From: an uncultured Prochlorococcus sp.
GTDB taxonomy: Bacteria > Cyanobacteriota > Cyanobacteriia > PCC-6307 > Cyanobiaceae
Assembly (NCBI GenBank): GCA_902624085.1
Contig: CACNWD010000001.1
Span: 30,139-94,138 of the forward strand
Reading direction: 5' to 3'
Length of the DNA: 64,000 nt
The notes beneath the pieces were generated by a model. That model ran no database searches. It saw only the letters and a program-made list of their open reading frames with translations, and was not told the origin of the DNA. The position numbers and the translations under genes are program-made. Below, in pieces: positions 21,747-34,700 of the stretch. The stretch's first letter is position 1. Each line of letters begins with the position of its first letter.

Positions 21747-23663
21747 ATGCCAGTAATCACGCTGCCTGATGGAACCCAAAAGGTTTTTGATCATTCGGTA
21801 ACAATTCTAGAAATTGCCCAAAGTATTGGAGCAGGATTAGCTAAAGCAACAATTGCGGGAAAAGTAAATGGTATTCTGCTTGATGCAACACTACCCATCA
21901 AAAATGATTCCAAAGTTGTAATAATTACATCAAAAGATAAAGAAGGCATTGAGATTATTAGACATTCATTTGCACATCTCATAGGTCATGCAGTTAAACA
22001 AATTTACCCAAATATAAAAATGGCTATCGGACCTGTTATTGAAGATGGCTTTTATTACGATATTTCTTCAGAATATAGTTTTACTCCTGATGATTTAATA
22101 AAAATAGAAGACAGAATAAAAAAATTAATAAAAACAAATTATGATGTGGAAATTCTACAAGTTTCAAAGAAAGAAGCTATTAAAACTTTTGAAGAAAGAG
22201 ATGAGACTTTTAAATTAAGAATAATTGAAGAAATTGATGATAAAGGCCTGATTAATCTCTATAAGCACGAAGAGTATATTGATATGTGCAGAGGTCCTCA
22301 TGTGCCAAATACAAGACATCTGAGACACTTTAAGTTACTTAAATTATCGGGTTCATATTGGAGGGGGAATAGTGAGAATGAATCATTACAAAGAATATAT
22401 GGTACTGCATGGGCTAAAGAGAAAGAACTCAAAGATTATTTAACAAGAATAGAAGAAGCGGAAAAAAGAGATCATAGAAAGCTGGGAAAAAAACATTCAC
22501 TTTTTCACATACAAGAAGAATCTCCAGGTATGATTTTTTGGCATCCCAATGGATGGATAATATACCAAGTTTTGGAGAAGTACATACGAGAAATACTTAA
22601 AAAAAATAACTATCTAGAAATAAAAACTCCACAAGCAGTTGATAAATCCCTTTGGGAAAAATCAGGTCATTGGGAAAAATTTAGAGAAGATATGTTTACA
22701 ACCGCATCTGAGAATAGAACATATGCCATTAAGCCGATGAACTGTCCGTGCCATATCCAAGTATTTAATCAAGGATTAAAAAGTTATAAAGATTTACCTA
22801 TTCGTCTAGCTGAATTCGGCTCCTGTCATAGAAATGAACCTTCTGGTGCCTTACATGGTTTGATGAGAGTCAGAAATTTCACTCAGGATGATGCTCATAT
22901 TTTCTGTACAGAAGAACAAATGCAAGAGGAGGTATCTAATTTCATTGATCTCGTTTTCGAAGTTTATAGAACTTTTGGTTTTGATGAAATAATTATCAAA
23001 TTATCAACGCGTCCTGAAAAGAGAGTTGGTAGCGAGGAGATTTGGGATAAATCAGAGGAGGCCCTTAAGATGGCTTTAAATAATAAGAATCTCGAATGGG
23101 AACTGCAGCCTGGGGAAGGAGCTTTTTATGGACCAAAAATTGAATTCTCACTAAAAGATTGTCTTAATAGAGTATGGCAATGTGGAACTATTCAAGTTGA
23201 CTTCTCCATGCCTATAAGACTTGATGCAACTTTTGTAGATATCAACAATGAGAAGAGAAATCCTGTAATGTTACATAGAGCAATTTTAGGATCTTTTGAG
23301 AGATTTATTGGAATCTTAATTGAACAATATGAAGCCAAATTTCCTTTATGGCTAGCTCCTTATCAAATTATTTTATTAAGTATTACTGATAGAAATAACG
23401 ATAAATGTCAGGAATTTAATCATTTATTAAATTTAAAGGGATATCGATCAAAAGTTGATATTAGAAATGAAAAGATAGGCTACAAGATTAGAGAGGCTAC
23501 AATTAGTAGAATTCCATTAATTGCTGTTATTGGCGACAAAGAGCAAGAAATTGATTCGGTTTCTTTAAGAGCCCTGGATGGTACAAATCTGGGGATTTTC
23601 AATTTGATGAATCTATATAAATTGATGGATGATTTGATTGAAAAGAAAGGAAGAATTGAATAA
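21747..23663 (+). CDS. thrS: threonine--tRNA ligase (gammaproteobacterial-like, with TGS domain)
   Basis: [52 protein letters not shown]. Confidence 0.97.
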   Translation: MPVITLPDGTQKVFDHSVTILEIAQSIGAGLAKATIAGKVNGILLDATLPIKNDSKVVIITSKDKEGIEIIRHSFAHLIGHAVKQIYPNIKMAIGPVIEDGFYYDISSEYSFTPDDLIKIEDRIKKLIKTNYDVEILQVSKKEAIKTFEERDETFKLRIIEEIDDKGLINLYKHEEYIDMCRGPHVPNTRHLRHFKLLKLSGSYWRGNSENESLQRIYGTAWAKEKELKDYLTRIEEAEKRDHRKLGKKHSLFHIQEESPGMIFWHPNGWIIYQVLEKYIREILKKNNYLEIKTPQAVDKSLWEKSGHWEKFREDMFTTASENRTYAIKPMNCPCHIQVFNQGLKSYKDLPIRLAEFGSCHRNEPSGALHGLMRVRNFTQDDAHIFCTEEQMQEEVSNFIDLVFEVYRTFGFDEIIIKLSTRPEKRVGSEEIWDKSEEALKMALNNKNLEWELQPGEGAFYGPKIEFSLKDCLNRVWQCGTIQVDFSMPIRLDATFVDINNEKRNPVMLHRAILGSFERFIGILIEQYEAKFPLWLAPYQIILLSITDRNNDKCQEFNHLLNLKGYRSKVDIRNEKIGYKIREATISRIPLIAVIGDKEQEIDSVSLRALDGTNLGIFNLMNLYKLMDDLIEKKGRIE

Positions 23664-23673
23664 GTTTTAACAA

Positions 23674-24711
23674 ATGAATTTTCTTGCTTGCGATTTAGGA
23701 GGAACCAAAGTACTCATAGCTATTTACGAAGAGGTTAATAAAGATTCTCCTCCAAAATTAATTACAAAAGAAAGATATTTATCTGCAGAGTGGGAATCAA
23801 TATATTCAATAACTAAAGATTTTCTTAAAAATAAATGTAAAAATAAATATTTTCCAAAGATAGCTTGTTTTGGCATAGCGGGGCCTATAGAAAAAAATAG
23901 TGCAAAAATTACTAATTTAAATTGGGAGATAAGCGAATTAAAATTAAAAAATGAATTTCACTTTGAAAAAGTTGAATTAATCAATGATTTTGCAGTTTTA
24001 ATTTATGGGATACCATTTTTAAAAAGTAATCAATTTAAAACACTTCAAAAGGATACAAATAAGAATAATAAGTTTGAGGGTTACCACACTATTGTTGGAG
24101 CAGGAACTGGATTGGGAATTTCTAGAGGTATCATTTCAAAAACAAAAATTTTAGTATTACCTAGCGAGGGAGGCCATATTGAATTTGCTCCTAAAACTCA
24201 TGATGAGTGGGAACTAAAGCAATGGGTAAAGAGTTACTTAAATATTGAGAGAGTCTCTTATGAAAGAATTATTAGTGGCGAGGGTTTATCGAACATCGCA
24301 AAATGGAAATTCTCTAAGGAAGATATTAGAGATCATCCATTTAACAAGTATTTAGAGGAAGCAAAAGATTCAAAAATTGTTGAAAAAAGTTTAGCAGGAA
24401 AAATCTGTCAACTAGCGAATGCAGGCGATTCTTTAATGGCAGAAATAGAAACATTATGGTTTAATGCTTATTCTTCATTTATTGGAGATTTAACAATACA
24501 TGAACTCTGTTTTGGAGGCTTATGGATTTCAGGAGGTACTGCCCCAAAACATTTCAAGAAATTTATTTCAGATTCTTTTTTGAAACAATTTTCAAATAAA
24601 GGTAGATTAAAAGATATTGTAAAAACAATACCTATAAGAATTATATTAGATGAGGAGTTTGGATTACATAGCGCTGCATGCAGAGCGAAATCACTATTAA
24701 ATATTCAATAA
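23674..24711 (+). CDS. glk: glucokinase
   Basis: ACDLGGTK, GIAGPI, ITNLNW, INDF, GAGTGLG, SEGGH, ER..SG.GL. Confidence 0.93.
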   Translation: MNFLACDLGGTKVLIAIYEEVNKDSPPKLITKERYLSAEWESIYSITKDFLKNKCKNKYFPKIACFGIAGPIEKNSAKITNLNWEISELKLKNEFHFEKVELINDFAVLIYGIPFLKSNQFKTLQKDTNKNNKFEGYHTIVGAGTGLGISRGIISKTKILVLPSEGGHIEFAPKTHDEWELKQWVKSYLNIERVSYERIISGEGLSNIAKWKFSKEDIRDHPFNKYLEEAKDSKIVEKSLAGKICQLANAGDSLMAEIETLWFNAYSSFIGDLTIHELCFGGLWISGGTAPKHFKKFISDSFLKQFSNKGRLKDIVKTIPIRIILDEEFGLHSAACRAKSLLNIQ

Positions 24712-24727
24712 AAATAGATTTTTGACA

Positions 24728-25675
24728 ATGACTATTCCAGAAGTAGGTAAAAAAGTTAACGTATCAGTCCCATCAACTACTGCTAATTTGGGTCCTGGTT
24801 TTGATTGTTTAGGAGCTGCGCTTGATCTGAAAAATGAATTTGTATTCACAAGAATTGAGGGAGGGGGAGATAGATTTGATTTAATTATGGAAAGTACTGA
24901 TGGTAATCACCTCAGAGGTGGTCCAGAGAACTTGGTATTTAGAGCTGCTCAAAAAGTATGGGATAGCGCAAATGTTTCGCCTTTTGCTTTGGAAGCAAGA
25001 GTAAAGCTTGCAGTACCTCCAGCCAGGGGATTAGGTAGCAGCGCTACTGCAATTGTAGCCGGTCTAATAGGAGCAAATGCAATAATGGATTCTCCTTTAT
25101 CAAAGGAAAAGCTTTTAGAATTAGCTATCGATATAGAGGGTCATCCAGATAATGTAGTGCCATCGCTATTGGGAGGACTCTGTCTGACTGCTAGATCTTC
25201 CTCTGATAGATGGAGAATTGTGAGATGTGAATGGCATAATTCAATCAAAGCAGTAGTAGCTATTCCTGCCATAAGATTAAGCACCAGTGAAGCAAGAAGA
25301 GTTATGCCTAAGAATGTTCCAATCTCTGATGCAGTTACAAATATGGGAGCTTTAACATTGTTACTTAATGGATTAAAGACAGGGAATTCTGAATTAATTA
25401 AAGAAGGCATGTTTGATAAATTACATGAGCCTTATCGATGGAAACTCATTAAAGGGGGACTGGAGGTAAAAGAGGCCGCTCTAGAAGCTGGTGCTCTTGG
25501 TTGTGCGATAAGTGGTGCGGGTCCAAGCATTTTAGCTTTATGCAAAAATGAATACGGAAAAGTTATAAGTCAGGCGATGGTGAAAGCGTGGGAAAAAGCT
25601 GGAGTAGCCAGTAGGGCCCCCTTTTTAAATATTCAAACATCAGGGAGTAATTACAATTCATCTTTTTCTAAGTAG
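24728..25675 (+). CDS. thrB: homoserine kinase
   Basis: PSTTANLGPGFD, PPARGLGSSA, EGHPDN, LHEPYR, ISGAGPS. ATG 24728 preferred over TTG 24722. Confidence 0.96.
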   Translation: MTIPEVGKKVNVSVPSTTANLGPGFDCLGAALDLKNEFVFTRIEGGGDRFDLIMESTDGNHLRGGPENLVFRAAQKVWDSANVSPFALEARVKLAVPPARGLGSSATAIVAGLIGANAIMDSPLSKEKLLELAIDIEGHPDNVVPSLLGGLCLTARSSSDRWRIVRCEWHNSIKAVVAIPAIRLSTSEARRVMPKNVPISDAVTNMGALTLLLNGLKTGNSELIKEGMFDKLHEPYRWKLIKGGLEVKEAALEAGALGCAISGAGPSILALCKNEYGKVISQAMVKAWEKAGVASRAPFLNIQTSGSNYNSSFSK

Positions 25676-25754
25676 TTTTACTTAGAACAATAAAGTGTTA
25701 TAGTCTCAACCTGTATACATCTTTTAGTAGAATAACTAAATTATTCATTACAAA

Positions 25755-27293
25755 ATGAATTTAAATTCTTTCCCATGGCTATCTGCGATTGTAATACTGC
25801 CTTTAGTTGGCGCTCTTATCTTGCCATTTTTAGAATCAAAAGAAGGAGAAGATAATTCAAAGCCTAGAAATATATCATTAGCATTTTTATTCGTAGATTT
25901 TTTACTTATTGTTGCAGTTTTATTCAAGAAATATGATCCTACCAATAGCTCCCTTCAATTAGTAGAGAGAGTTACTTGGCTACCTTCCATAGGATTAGAG
26001 TGGTCATTAGGAGTTGATGGTTTATCAGCGCCATTGATGGTGTTAAGTGGATTAATAACTTTTTTATCAGCAGCTGCAAGTTGGAAAGTTAAGAAGAAAT
26101 CAAATTTATATTTTGGTCTTCTTCTCATCCAAGCATCAGCGCAAGGGATGGTTTTTCTTTCTCAAGATTTTTTATTATTCTTCCTAGCTTGGGAATTAGA
26201 GTTAGTTCCTGTTTATCTGTTAATAGCTATTTGGGGTGGTAAAAAAAGATTATATGCAGCTACAAAATTTATTCTTTATACAGCTCTTGCTTCACTTTTA
26301 ATACTCATAAGCGGTCTTGCTCTTTCTTTGAGTGGAGATACATTTACTTTAAATATAAGTGAAATAACAAGTAAGAAAGTCACTGGTAATCTTGCTTTAT
26401 TATCCTATTTTGGTTTTTTAATAGGTTTTGGAGTAAAGCTACCAATATTTCCATTACATACATGGTTACCGGATGCACATGGTGAAGCCAATGCTCCTGT
26501 TTCGATGTTGTTAGCTGGAGTATTACTTAAGATGGGTGGTTATGCATTATTAAGATTTAATGTGCAAATTTTGCCAGAAGTCCATCTTCAACTTGCTCCA
26601 GCATTAATAATATTAGGGATTATAAATATTATTTATGGCGCCTTAAATGCATTTGCTCAAGATAATGTTAAAAGAAGAATTGCATGTAGCTCTGTTAGCC
26701 ATATGGGATTTGTTTTACTTGGGATAGGGGCAGTTGATGCTCTAGGCATTAGTGGAGCTATGCTGCAAATGATTAGTCATGGTTTGATTGCTGCAGCAAT
26801 GTTTTTTGTTACAGGTTCCTTTTATGAGAGAACAAATACTCTCTCAATTCCTAACATGGGTGGTTTAGCAAAAGTTTTACCTATTACGTTTGCATTCTTT
26901 TTAGCAAGTTCTTTAGCCTCACTTGCTTTACCAGGGATGAGCGGATTTATTAGTGAAATAACGGTATTTCTAGGTATCACAAGCCAAGAAGGATTTACTT
27001 CCTTATTTAGATCCATAACCATTCTTATAGCAGCGATAGGACTTGTACTAACCCCTATATATCTACTTTCTATGTGTCGAAGAGTATTTTTTGGACCAAG
27101 GATACCTGCGCTTGCAACAGTAACAGAGATGAATGGTAGAGAACTCACAATAGGTTTAAGCTTATTATTACCAACTCTTCTTATAGGCTTTTGGCCAAAA
27201 GTTGCAATTAATTTATACGAATCTTCAACCAATGCTCTCAGTCAGCAGCTAACCTTAGCTAAATTAGTTGGAATAATTTCAACCTTTAATTGA
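25755..27293 (+). CDS. ndhD: NAD(P)H-quinone oxidoreductase subunit 4 (NDH-1 NdhD)
   Basis: [54 protein letters not shown]. Confidence 0.95.
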   Translation: MNLNSFPWLSAIVILPLVGALILPFLESKEGEDNSKPRNISLAFLFVDFLLIVAVLFKKYDPTNSSLQLVERVTWLPSIGLEWSLGVDGLSAPLMVLSGLITFLSAAASWKVKKKSNLYFGLLLIQASAQGMVFLSQDFLLFFLAWELELVPVYLLIAIWGGKKRLYAATKFILYTALASLLILISGLALSLSGDTFTLNISEITSKKVTGNLALLSYFGFLIGFGVKLPIFPLHTWLPDAHGEANAPVSMLLAGVLLKMGGYALLRFNVQILPEVHLQLAPALIILGIINIIYGALNAFAQDNVKRRIACSSVSHMGFVLLGIGAVDALGISGAMLQMISHGLIAAAMFFVTGSFYERTNTLSIPNMGGLAKVLPITFAFFLASSLASLALPGMSGFISEITVFLGITSQEGFTSLFRSITILIAAIGLVLTPIYLLSMCRRVFFGPRIPALATVTEMNGRELTIGLSLLLPTLLIGFWPKVAINLYESSTNALSQQLTLAKLVGIISTFN

Positions 27294-29395
27294 ATAATAT
27301 GACTGCTGACGTTGTTGATAAAGTCCTCTTTAAATGCGAAGGATTACCTAAATTTAACCAATTTACTCCTGAAAGAATTGAAAAAGAATTTCCAGTTTTA
27401 CTTGAGAAATTAAATTTAGATTTTAACAATATTGAAACTGAATTCTCCTCATTAATAATTGATAAAAATTTGGATTGGGACAATGTAATGAACCCACTTA
27501 ACAAGATTAATGAAGAACTTAGGTGGAGTTGGGGAGTTATTAGTCATTTAAATTCAGTTAAGAACTCTGAACAATTAAGAAACGTTTACGCAAAATTACT
27601 TCCAAATGTAATAAATCTTGGAAATAAATTTGGCCAAAGTAAAATAATCTATAAAGCTTTAAAAATACTGAGAGAAAGCAATAGTCTGGATGTGACTAGG
27701 AATAGAATTTTAGATAAAGAAATTATTGATATGGAACATAGTGGCATTTCTTTAAATGAATCTGATCAAAAAGATTACAATGATATTTCAGAGAGATTAG
27801 GGGATTTATCAACAAAATTTAGTAATAATGTCCTTGATGCGACAAATAAATGGTTCTTAATTTTAGAGAATAAATCTCAAATAAAAGGTTTACCAGAAAG
27901 AGTTCTTGAATTGATGGCTTTATCTGCCCAGAAACATTTAAAAAAAGAAGGCAACGTTGATTCACAGAATGGTCCTTGGAAATTGAGCTTGGATATTCCA
28001 ACATATACAGCTTTTATGAGTTACTCAGAAGATAGATCTTTAAGAGAACAACTTTATAAAGCTTTTGTAAGTAGAGCTTCTAATGGCAATGAAAATAATT
28101 GTCAAATTATTGAAGAGATTTTAACTCTAAGAACTAAACAATCAAAACTACTTGGATATGAGAGTTGGGCTGAATTAAGTTTGTCAACCAAAATGGCTAG
28201 TAAAACAGATAACGTTGAAAAGCTTTTAGAGGAATTAAGAGAGCCATCTTTCAAGGCAGCTGAGTTAGAATTAAAAAATTTGAATAACTTCGCACATAAA
28301 AATGGATTTAATACTGAAAATCAGCTACAGCCTTGGGATATAAGCTATTGGTCTGAACTTTTAAGGAAGGAAAAACTTAATTTAGATCAAGAAGCTTTAA
28401 GACCATGGTTTCCACTAGAAGATGTATTGAAAGGTCTATTTAGACTCTGTGAGAAGCTCTTTGATATTAAAGTTATTGAAGCTAATGGAGAAGCACCTGT
28501 TTGGAATGAAGATGTTCTTTTCTTTAATATTTATAATAATTCCAATAATAAAATTGCCTCATTTTATTTAGATCCATTTTCACGGCCGGAGTCGAAAAGA
28601 GGAGGAGCTTGGATGGATGAATGTTTAAATAAGAATTTTGACTCAAAGGGGAATAATATAATCCCAGTAGCCTATCTAGTATGTAATCAAACGCCACCAT
28701 CAAAGAATAAGCCAAGCTTGATGAGTTTCGAAGAGGTACAGACGTTATTTCATGAATTTGGTCACGGCCTCCAACATATGCTCACAACTGTAGATTTACC
28801 TCAAGCTGCGGGCATAAACAATGTTGAATGGGATGCAGTTGAACTTCCTAGCCAATTTATGGAAAATTGGTGTTTTGATAAGAAAACTCTGCTAAATATT
28901 GCTAAGCACTATGAAACTGGTGAGAAATTACATGAAAAAGATTATGAGAAACTTTGTGCTAATAGAACCTTCAATTGTGGTATGGGCACTTTAAGGCAGC
29001 TTCATTTCGCAATAACTGATTTAAGGTTGCACAGTAATCTATCTTCTTATCAAGAATTTAATTCTGATGAGATTAGAAGAGATATTGCAAAAAATACAAC
29101 GATAATACCTCCAATTAATGAGGATAAGTTTCTTTGCTGCTTTAGTCACATTTTTGCAGGAGGATATTCGGCAGGATACTATTCCTACAAGTGGGCAGAA
29201 GTTTTAAGTGCTGATGCATTCTCTATGTTTGAAGAAGCCGGTTTGGAAAATGAACAAAAGATAAAAGATATTGGAAAAAAATTTAAGGATACCATCTTAA
29301 GTTTAGGCGGAAGTTTACCTCCATTAGAAATCTTTAAATCATTTAGAGGTCGCGAACCAAAAACAGACCCCTTAATAAGACACTTGGGTTTATAA
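27290..29395 (+). CDS. prlC: M3 oligopeptidase A
   Basis: KRGGAWM, HEFGH zinc motif, [29 protein letters not shown]. Alternative start ATG 27299. Confidence 0.95.
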   Translation: MNNMTADVVDKVLFKCEGLPKFNQFTPERIEKEFPVLLEKLNLDFNNIETEFSSLIIDKNLDWDNVMNPLNKINEELRWSWGVISHLNSVKNSEQLRNVYAKLLPNVINLGNKFGQSKIIYKALKILRESNSLDVTRNRILDKEIIDMEHSGISLNESDQKDYNDISERLGDLSTKFSNNVLDATNKWFLILENKSQIKGLPERVLELMALSAQKHLKKEGNVDSQNGPWKLSLDIPTYTAFMSYSEDRSLREQLYKAFVSRASNGNENNCQIIEEILTLRTKQSKLLGYESWAELSLSTKMASKTDNVEKLLEELREPSFKAAELELKNLNNFAHKNGFNTENQLQPWDISYWSELLRKEKLNLDQEALRPWFPLEDVLKGLFRLCEKLFDIKVIEANGEAPVWNEDVLFFNIYNNSNNKIASFYLDPFSRPESKRGGAWMDECLNKNFDSKGNNIIPVAYLVCNQTPPSKNKPSLMSFEEVQTLFHEFGHGLQHMLTTVDLPQAAGINNVEWDAVELPSQFMENWCFDKKTLLNIAKHYETGEKLHEKDYEKLCANRTFNCGMGTLRQLHFAITDLRLHSNLSSYQEFNSDEIRRDIAKNTTIIPPINEDKFLCCFSHIFAGGYSAGYYSYKWAEVLSADAFSMFEEAGLENEQKIKDIGKKFKDTILSLGGSLPPLEIFKSFRGREPKTDPLIRHLGL

Positions 29396-29396
29396 A

Positions 29397-29993
29397 CTAC
29401 TTTATTATCTTTTTAACAATCTCATTTATTGCGTATTCGTTTTTCATCAAGTTTTTATGCTTAAAAATATTTAGGGAGTATTTATCACCTTTAGGCAAAT
29501 AAGCTTTCCATCCAGGGAAAACCATTAAATCCCAATTTGTAAAAAAACTTACACAATCTACATTTTCCAGAAAATCATTTGAAGCATAAAGATCTTTTAA
29601 TAATTTACTATTAATTTTCATTTCCGAGATTCCCTTTAAAGCAAATCTTGGCACTATTTGAGCAGTCAATGTCCCCATATGAGGAGATCCTACGCTTATA
29701 AATGTATTTATTCTTTTATTTCCCTCATAATATTTTAACCAGTAACTTCCAATAATTCCACCCATTGAAAATCCCAATAAATCAATTTCCTTATCTAAAC
29801 CATACTTATTAATTATTAATTGATTTAAAAATTTTGTTAAGTCAGCAATTGAAACCTTTCCAAAGTCATGCTGAAGCGTAGGGGCAAAATAATCAATTGA
29901 GTATTGATCTAATTTTTTAGTCAAGGATTTAAAGATGTCTGAAGTATTCCATAATCCATGTACCAGAACAATTGGCCTATTTTTTGATTTCAT
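29397..29993 (-). CDS. alpha/beta hydrolase (lipase/esterase family)
   Basis: VLVHGL, nucleophile elbow GFSMGG, GSPH.GT, D.MV.P, C-terminal His. Confidence 0.85.
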   Translation of the reverse strand: MKSKNRPIVLVHGLWNTSDIFKSLTKKLDQYSIDYFAPTLQHDFGKVSIADLTKFLNQLIINKYGLDKEIDLLGFSMGGIIGSYWLKYYEGNKRINTFISVGSPHMGTLTAQIVPRFALKGISEMKINSKLLKDLYASNDFLENVDCVSFFTNWDLMVFPGWKAYLPKGDKYSLNIFKHKNLMKNEYAINEIVKKIIK

Positions 29994-29998
29994 ATTAA

Positions 29999-30361
29999 TT
30001 ACTTTTCGAAGTATTTCACGATAGATACTTTACCGTTAAACCCATCAATAGGTGGCCTACACTTAGTTAAGATAATTTTGATACGATCTGGATTAAATCC
30101 AATTTGAATTATCTTTATAATTTCCTCAGAGTATTTCTCAATGGTAAAACAAGAAAAAATTTTTGAATGAGATTTTACTTTTTGAATTATTAAGGAATAA
30201 TCTAAAGTTGATTTTATATCATCATTCTCACTACATTCATCAAAGTCTGACCATAAAAGAATATCTAAGTTAAATAATTGACCTAATTTTCTTTCATGAT
30301 CTAATACTCCAACTCTGGCCCATAATTCAATTTTTTCTATTTTTAAAAAGTTTTTCTTCAT
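29999..30361 (-). CDS. folB: dihydroneopterin aldolase
   Basis: VGVLDHER.LGQ.F.LD, D..STLDYS, IE, K..PP. Confidence 0.9.
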   Translation of the reverse strand: MKKNFLKIEKIELWARVGVLDHERKLGQLFNLDILLWSDFDECSENDDIKSTLDYSLIIQKVKSHSKIFSCFTIEKYSEEIIKIIQIGFNPDRIKIILTKCRPPIDGFNGKVSIVKYFEK

Positions 30362-31668
30362 AAATCTTTATGAATAAATTTCTCCTTGCCTGAAGAAAAA
30401 TCCTCAACAATATGTCCTTCACCGGTTAAAAAATATTTATATGTAACTAAACCCTCTAAACCAACTGGTCCCCTTGGTGGCAATGACTGAGTGCTGATTC
30501 CGACTTCAGCTCCAAAGCCATATCGAAATCCATCAGCAAATCTTGTAGAACAATTATGAAAGACCCCAGCACTATCAACAGCATTCATAAATAAAGATGC
30601 ATTATTATTATTTTCTGTGATAATTCCATCAGTATGTTTAGATCCAAATGTTTGTATGTGATCAATTGCATCATTCAAATCATCAACAATCTTTATTGAT
30701 AAAATCAAATCAAGATATTCTGTCCCCCAATCCTGAGAATCTGCAGATAATTTAACACCTAAAGATACAGACTTTGCATCCCCTCTTAATTCGATCTTTT
30801 TTGAGTCAAATATTGGTATTGCTTTCGATAAAAACTCCTTCGCTATATCTTTATGAATTAATAAAGTTTCTATCGCATTACAAGCTGCAGGATATTGAGT
30901 CTTACTATCTAAAGCGACTTTTATTCCCAAATTAATATTACTTTCATTGTCAATATAAAGATGGCAGATACCATCCGCATGTCCTAAAACTGGAATCCTT
31001 GTATTTGATTGAATGAACTTCACAAGTTCATTACTTCCTCTAGGAATTATCAAACTTATATCTTTATCTAATTGCAACATAGACATACTATCTTTTCTAC
31101 TAGTTAATAAACAAAGAGAATTTTCATCAAAATATGATTTATTAAGACCATCTTGCAATGCATTATATATTGCTTCATTGGTTTGGTTCGCTTCACTTCC
31201 CCCTTTAAGTATCGCAGCATTACCTGATCTTAAAGCTAATGAACTGATTTGTATAAAGGCATCTGGTCTAGATTCAAATATCACTCCAATAACCCCAATT
31301 GGAACAGTCTTTCTTTGAAGGATCAAGCCAGATGCAAGCTTTTTATTAATTTGCACCTGCCCAACAGGATCTGGAAGATCTCTTACTTTTCTTACACCAT
31401 CAATCCCATGAAGAAGTTTTTCTTTTGATAATTTCAATCTTGATAATAAAGCCTGAGAAATTCCTTTCTTTTTAGCAGCATTAAAATCATGTTCGTTAGC
31501 CTCCAATATTCTCTCAGAATAATGAAGCAAAGAATCAGCCATTTTATTAAGAGTATCTCTCCTTTTCTCATTTGAGCTATGGCAAATTTTCATTGCTGCT
31601 TTTCTAACTTTTAAAGCTTTTTCTTTAAGTTCTATATCAGGCATAGAAATTTCAATCTTATCTTTCAT
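30358..31668 (-). CDS. proA: gamma-glutamyl phosphate reductase
   Basis: PIGVIGVIFESRP, LKGGSEA, IPRGS, ACNAIET, STRFADG.RYGFGAEVGIST, RGPVGL. Confidence 0.96.
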   Translation of the reverse strand: MKDKIEISMPDIELKEKALKVRKAAMKICHSSNEKRRDTLNKMADSLLHYSERILEANEHDFNAAKKKGISQALLSRLKLSKEKLLHGIDGVRKVRDLPDPVGQVQINKKLASGLILQRKTVPIGVIGVIFESRPDAFIQISSLALRSGNAAILKGGSEANQTNEAIYNALQDGLNKSYFDENSLCLLTSRKDSMSMLQLDKDISLIIPRGSNELVKFIQSNTRIPVLGHADGICHLYIDNESNINLGIKVALDSKTQYPAACNAIETLLIHKDIAKEFLSKAIPIFDSKKIELRGDAKSVSLGVKLSADSQDWGTEYLDLILSIKIVDDLNDAIDHIQTFGSKHTDGIITENNNNASLFMNAVDSAGVFHNCSTRFADGFRYGFGAEVGISTQSLPPRGPVGLEGLVTYKYFLTGEGHIVEDFSSGKEKFIHKDL

Positions 31669-31731
31669 AAAAATCTTGTACTACTAATGTCTAATATTAA
31701 TTGAAAATAAGAATTCTTTAAACATTTTCAA

Positions 31732-34700
31732 TTAATACCTAAAGAATAATTGAACTTGACTCTTCCAATCACCATTTGAGTCATAAGACCCAAGTATCTC
31801 TAGATATTCATTTGCTTGTAAAGTTAAAATCCATAAAGGTGGGATATCATCTCTATCGGGAGTTGTTTGCATTGAAAAATTCAAACTATCAGTAATATCA
31901 AGACCTATCTCAGCTATCCAAGCTTGTGATGAGGTTCCTTGATTTTCAGAATTATCTTGTTTCTCATTTATTTCCAAGTTTTCGCTTGAAAAAATATTAT
32001 TTGCTGATTCAGAACTAACTATTAAAGCTGGGTATAAAGATAATTGTAATTTTTCAGTAATTCCATCTGCTCCGTTTAATTGAGAGATGAATGCCCTATT
32101 AATTAAATTGGCAGAATTCCCCCCTATTAGTCCAATAATTTGTGATCTTGTATAACTTGGTGTGCTCCTTAATTTAATCATCTGATTCTCATCTTCGAAT
32201 GATAATTGATCTAAAAACCCCTTATATGAGGCTTCTATTTTAATAAATCTTGTATTACCAATTCCAAAAGCATTAAAACTATTAGCATTGTCGAGTACAT
32301 TGAAATTATCCGAAATATTAATATCCCTATTATTTTGACTAATTGGAATAATAGTATCAGGAACTTTACTTTTTAAAGAAAAATCTAAATAAGGAGTTAT
32401 TCCATTTCTAGATGCAAAAAGAATATAATTATCTTGATTTTTATCTAACTTAAATGGAGTTGTATAAAGGTTCGCTCTCCCTTTTTCTATATCAACTAAT
32501 CCGCGAGCATTTAAATTATTTTTTATATTCCCATTTAAGTTAACATCAACTCTTGTATCTAGATAAGCTTTCAAAATAGTTCCATACTCAATCCTAAAAT
32601 CTTGACCAAGTTCTATATATAAATTATCAAAAGTAATATTTCCAAAAAATTGTGGCAAATTTTCTTCAAAAAGATTTCTATTTAATATTGATTCATTAGA
32701 TATAATTTCAATTTCTTCAACTCTAGACCAATAAAGTTCAGGCCACGACTTATTCTGAATATTTTTATTATTTAACTTTGTGCTAGTACTATTATTTCCA
32801 TTAACAGTTTTGAAATTAATATAACCATTTTTTAAACCTAAATTACCAGAAATAAATGGACGATAAAGTGATCCTTTAACAAATATATTTGAGTCAAATT
32901 CAAAATCAATATTATTGCCAACCAATTGAAATCTTTCAGAAATAAAATTTATAGATTTCTCACTATCATCTAATTTCTTATAAAAAGGTAAAGAACCAAC
33001 TAAAGAAATTTTACCTATTTCATTAGTTGAAGCATTAAAGTTCTTAATTTCTACTTGATCAAAATCAAAAATTAAAGTTGCATCAATATTATTTAAATTA
33101 TTATTTAAAATGTCTACTTCTCCATTCTTGATAAATAAAAATCCATTTGCTATTGGTTTTGATATTTCCCCTTTGATTAGCATCCTGAGGTTGGCATCGC
33201 CATTTTTAAAAATAAAATTTTCATTAGATAAATTACCAATTAATTCAAGAAATCTTTGATTACCTTTTAATTTCAGATCTATCTCGTTTTCTTTATTAAT
33301 AGGAATATTTCCTATAAGACTTATTGATTCAGAAGACTTATCAAGCCACAAAGACATATCAACATTAAAGAGTGAATCTTTATAACTTATAAAAGTTTTA
33401 TCAAGCGTAATACTAAAATCATTTATCGAAGTTTTATTAGAAGAGATAACGCTAAAAAAATTCTGCTCTGTAAGATTATATACAAGATTGATATCTAGAT
33501 CCCCCTTAAAATCTTTAGGTTTTATGAAAAATAAATTTGCAAGATTTAAAGGGAGATTAGAAATTTTTAAAAGTCCATTATTACGAAATAGGCCACCATT
33601 TAGATCCATTGAAAAGCTTTTTTTTGCAGAATTATTTGGGTTATTTTTTTCTCTTAAATATCCATTTAAATTACTTTTAATTTTATAATTAGAAACACTA
33701 TTTCCATAAATATCTATTGATGAATTATAACGCCCCTCAAACTTCTCAAGAAATTTATCAATTCTTTTTTCATTAATTGAAATCACTTTAGAAGTAATAG
33801 AATTTTTTAAGAAACTAAGTTGTTCATCTATTGTTTTTTGAATATTTGAAATCTCTATTAATTTGAGATCCTTTGAAGCGCCATCAGATTTTATTTTATT
33901 TTTATTGAGATTAGATATATCTAGTAAAGTTAATGCTGTCCAATCTGCACTTATATTTATAAAATCAACAGAAACAAATTGTTTACTTTTTGATTTATAT
34001 ATCAAGTCAATCATTCCTCCATCGATAGGAAATAATGATGAATTAATTCTTAAACTATTTCCTTTAAATGAAAAATCAAATAATGAATTAGCAAGTTTAA
34101 TATTTTTATATTTACCTAAGCTTAGAGAAAACCTACCATTTGAAGTTGATTTTTTAGTATCTATTAAACCTGTTCCATTTATGGTTCCATCTACTCTATC
34201 AAAATCACTATTTTGCAAAGATAATTCTAGCTCATTAAGAGGGAAATTATTTGCTTTCCATTTATAAGTATTATTTTTTCTAATTATATTAAAATTACCT
34301 TCATTAGAATCAAATAATCTACTAAATTCTAGATTTTCTAATTTTAAATTTGAATCTACTTTTATTGATAAAAATGAAGGTATAGGAGAATATTTATTAT
34401 TCATTTTTAATAAGTAACCTTTACTTTGATTTGTTATTTTCCCCTCCCATATTTCCCTAAATCTTATACCCTTATAATTTGGATAATCTATATTAAAATT
34501 AATTGCAGTTTTTAGATCATTTAATTGACCAGTTATTTTCCCTTTTGCTGTAATATAGCCTCTTATGCCATTACTTCTGAATATATTTAAATTAGATAAC
34601 TGAGTCCTACTTAAATCAAAACTGGTATCTAAATTCCCAAATATTATTCTACTTTTCTTAAACTGATAAGGAATATTTCCTAAAAATTTTATTTCAGGAT

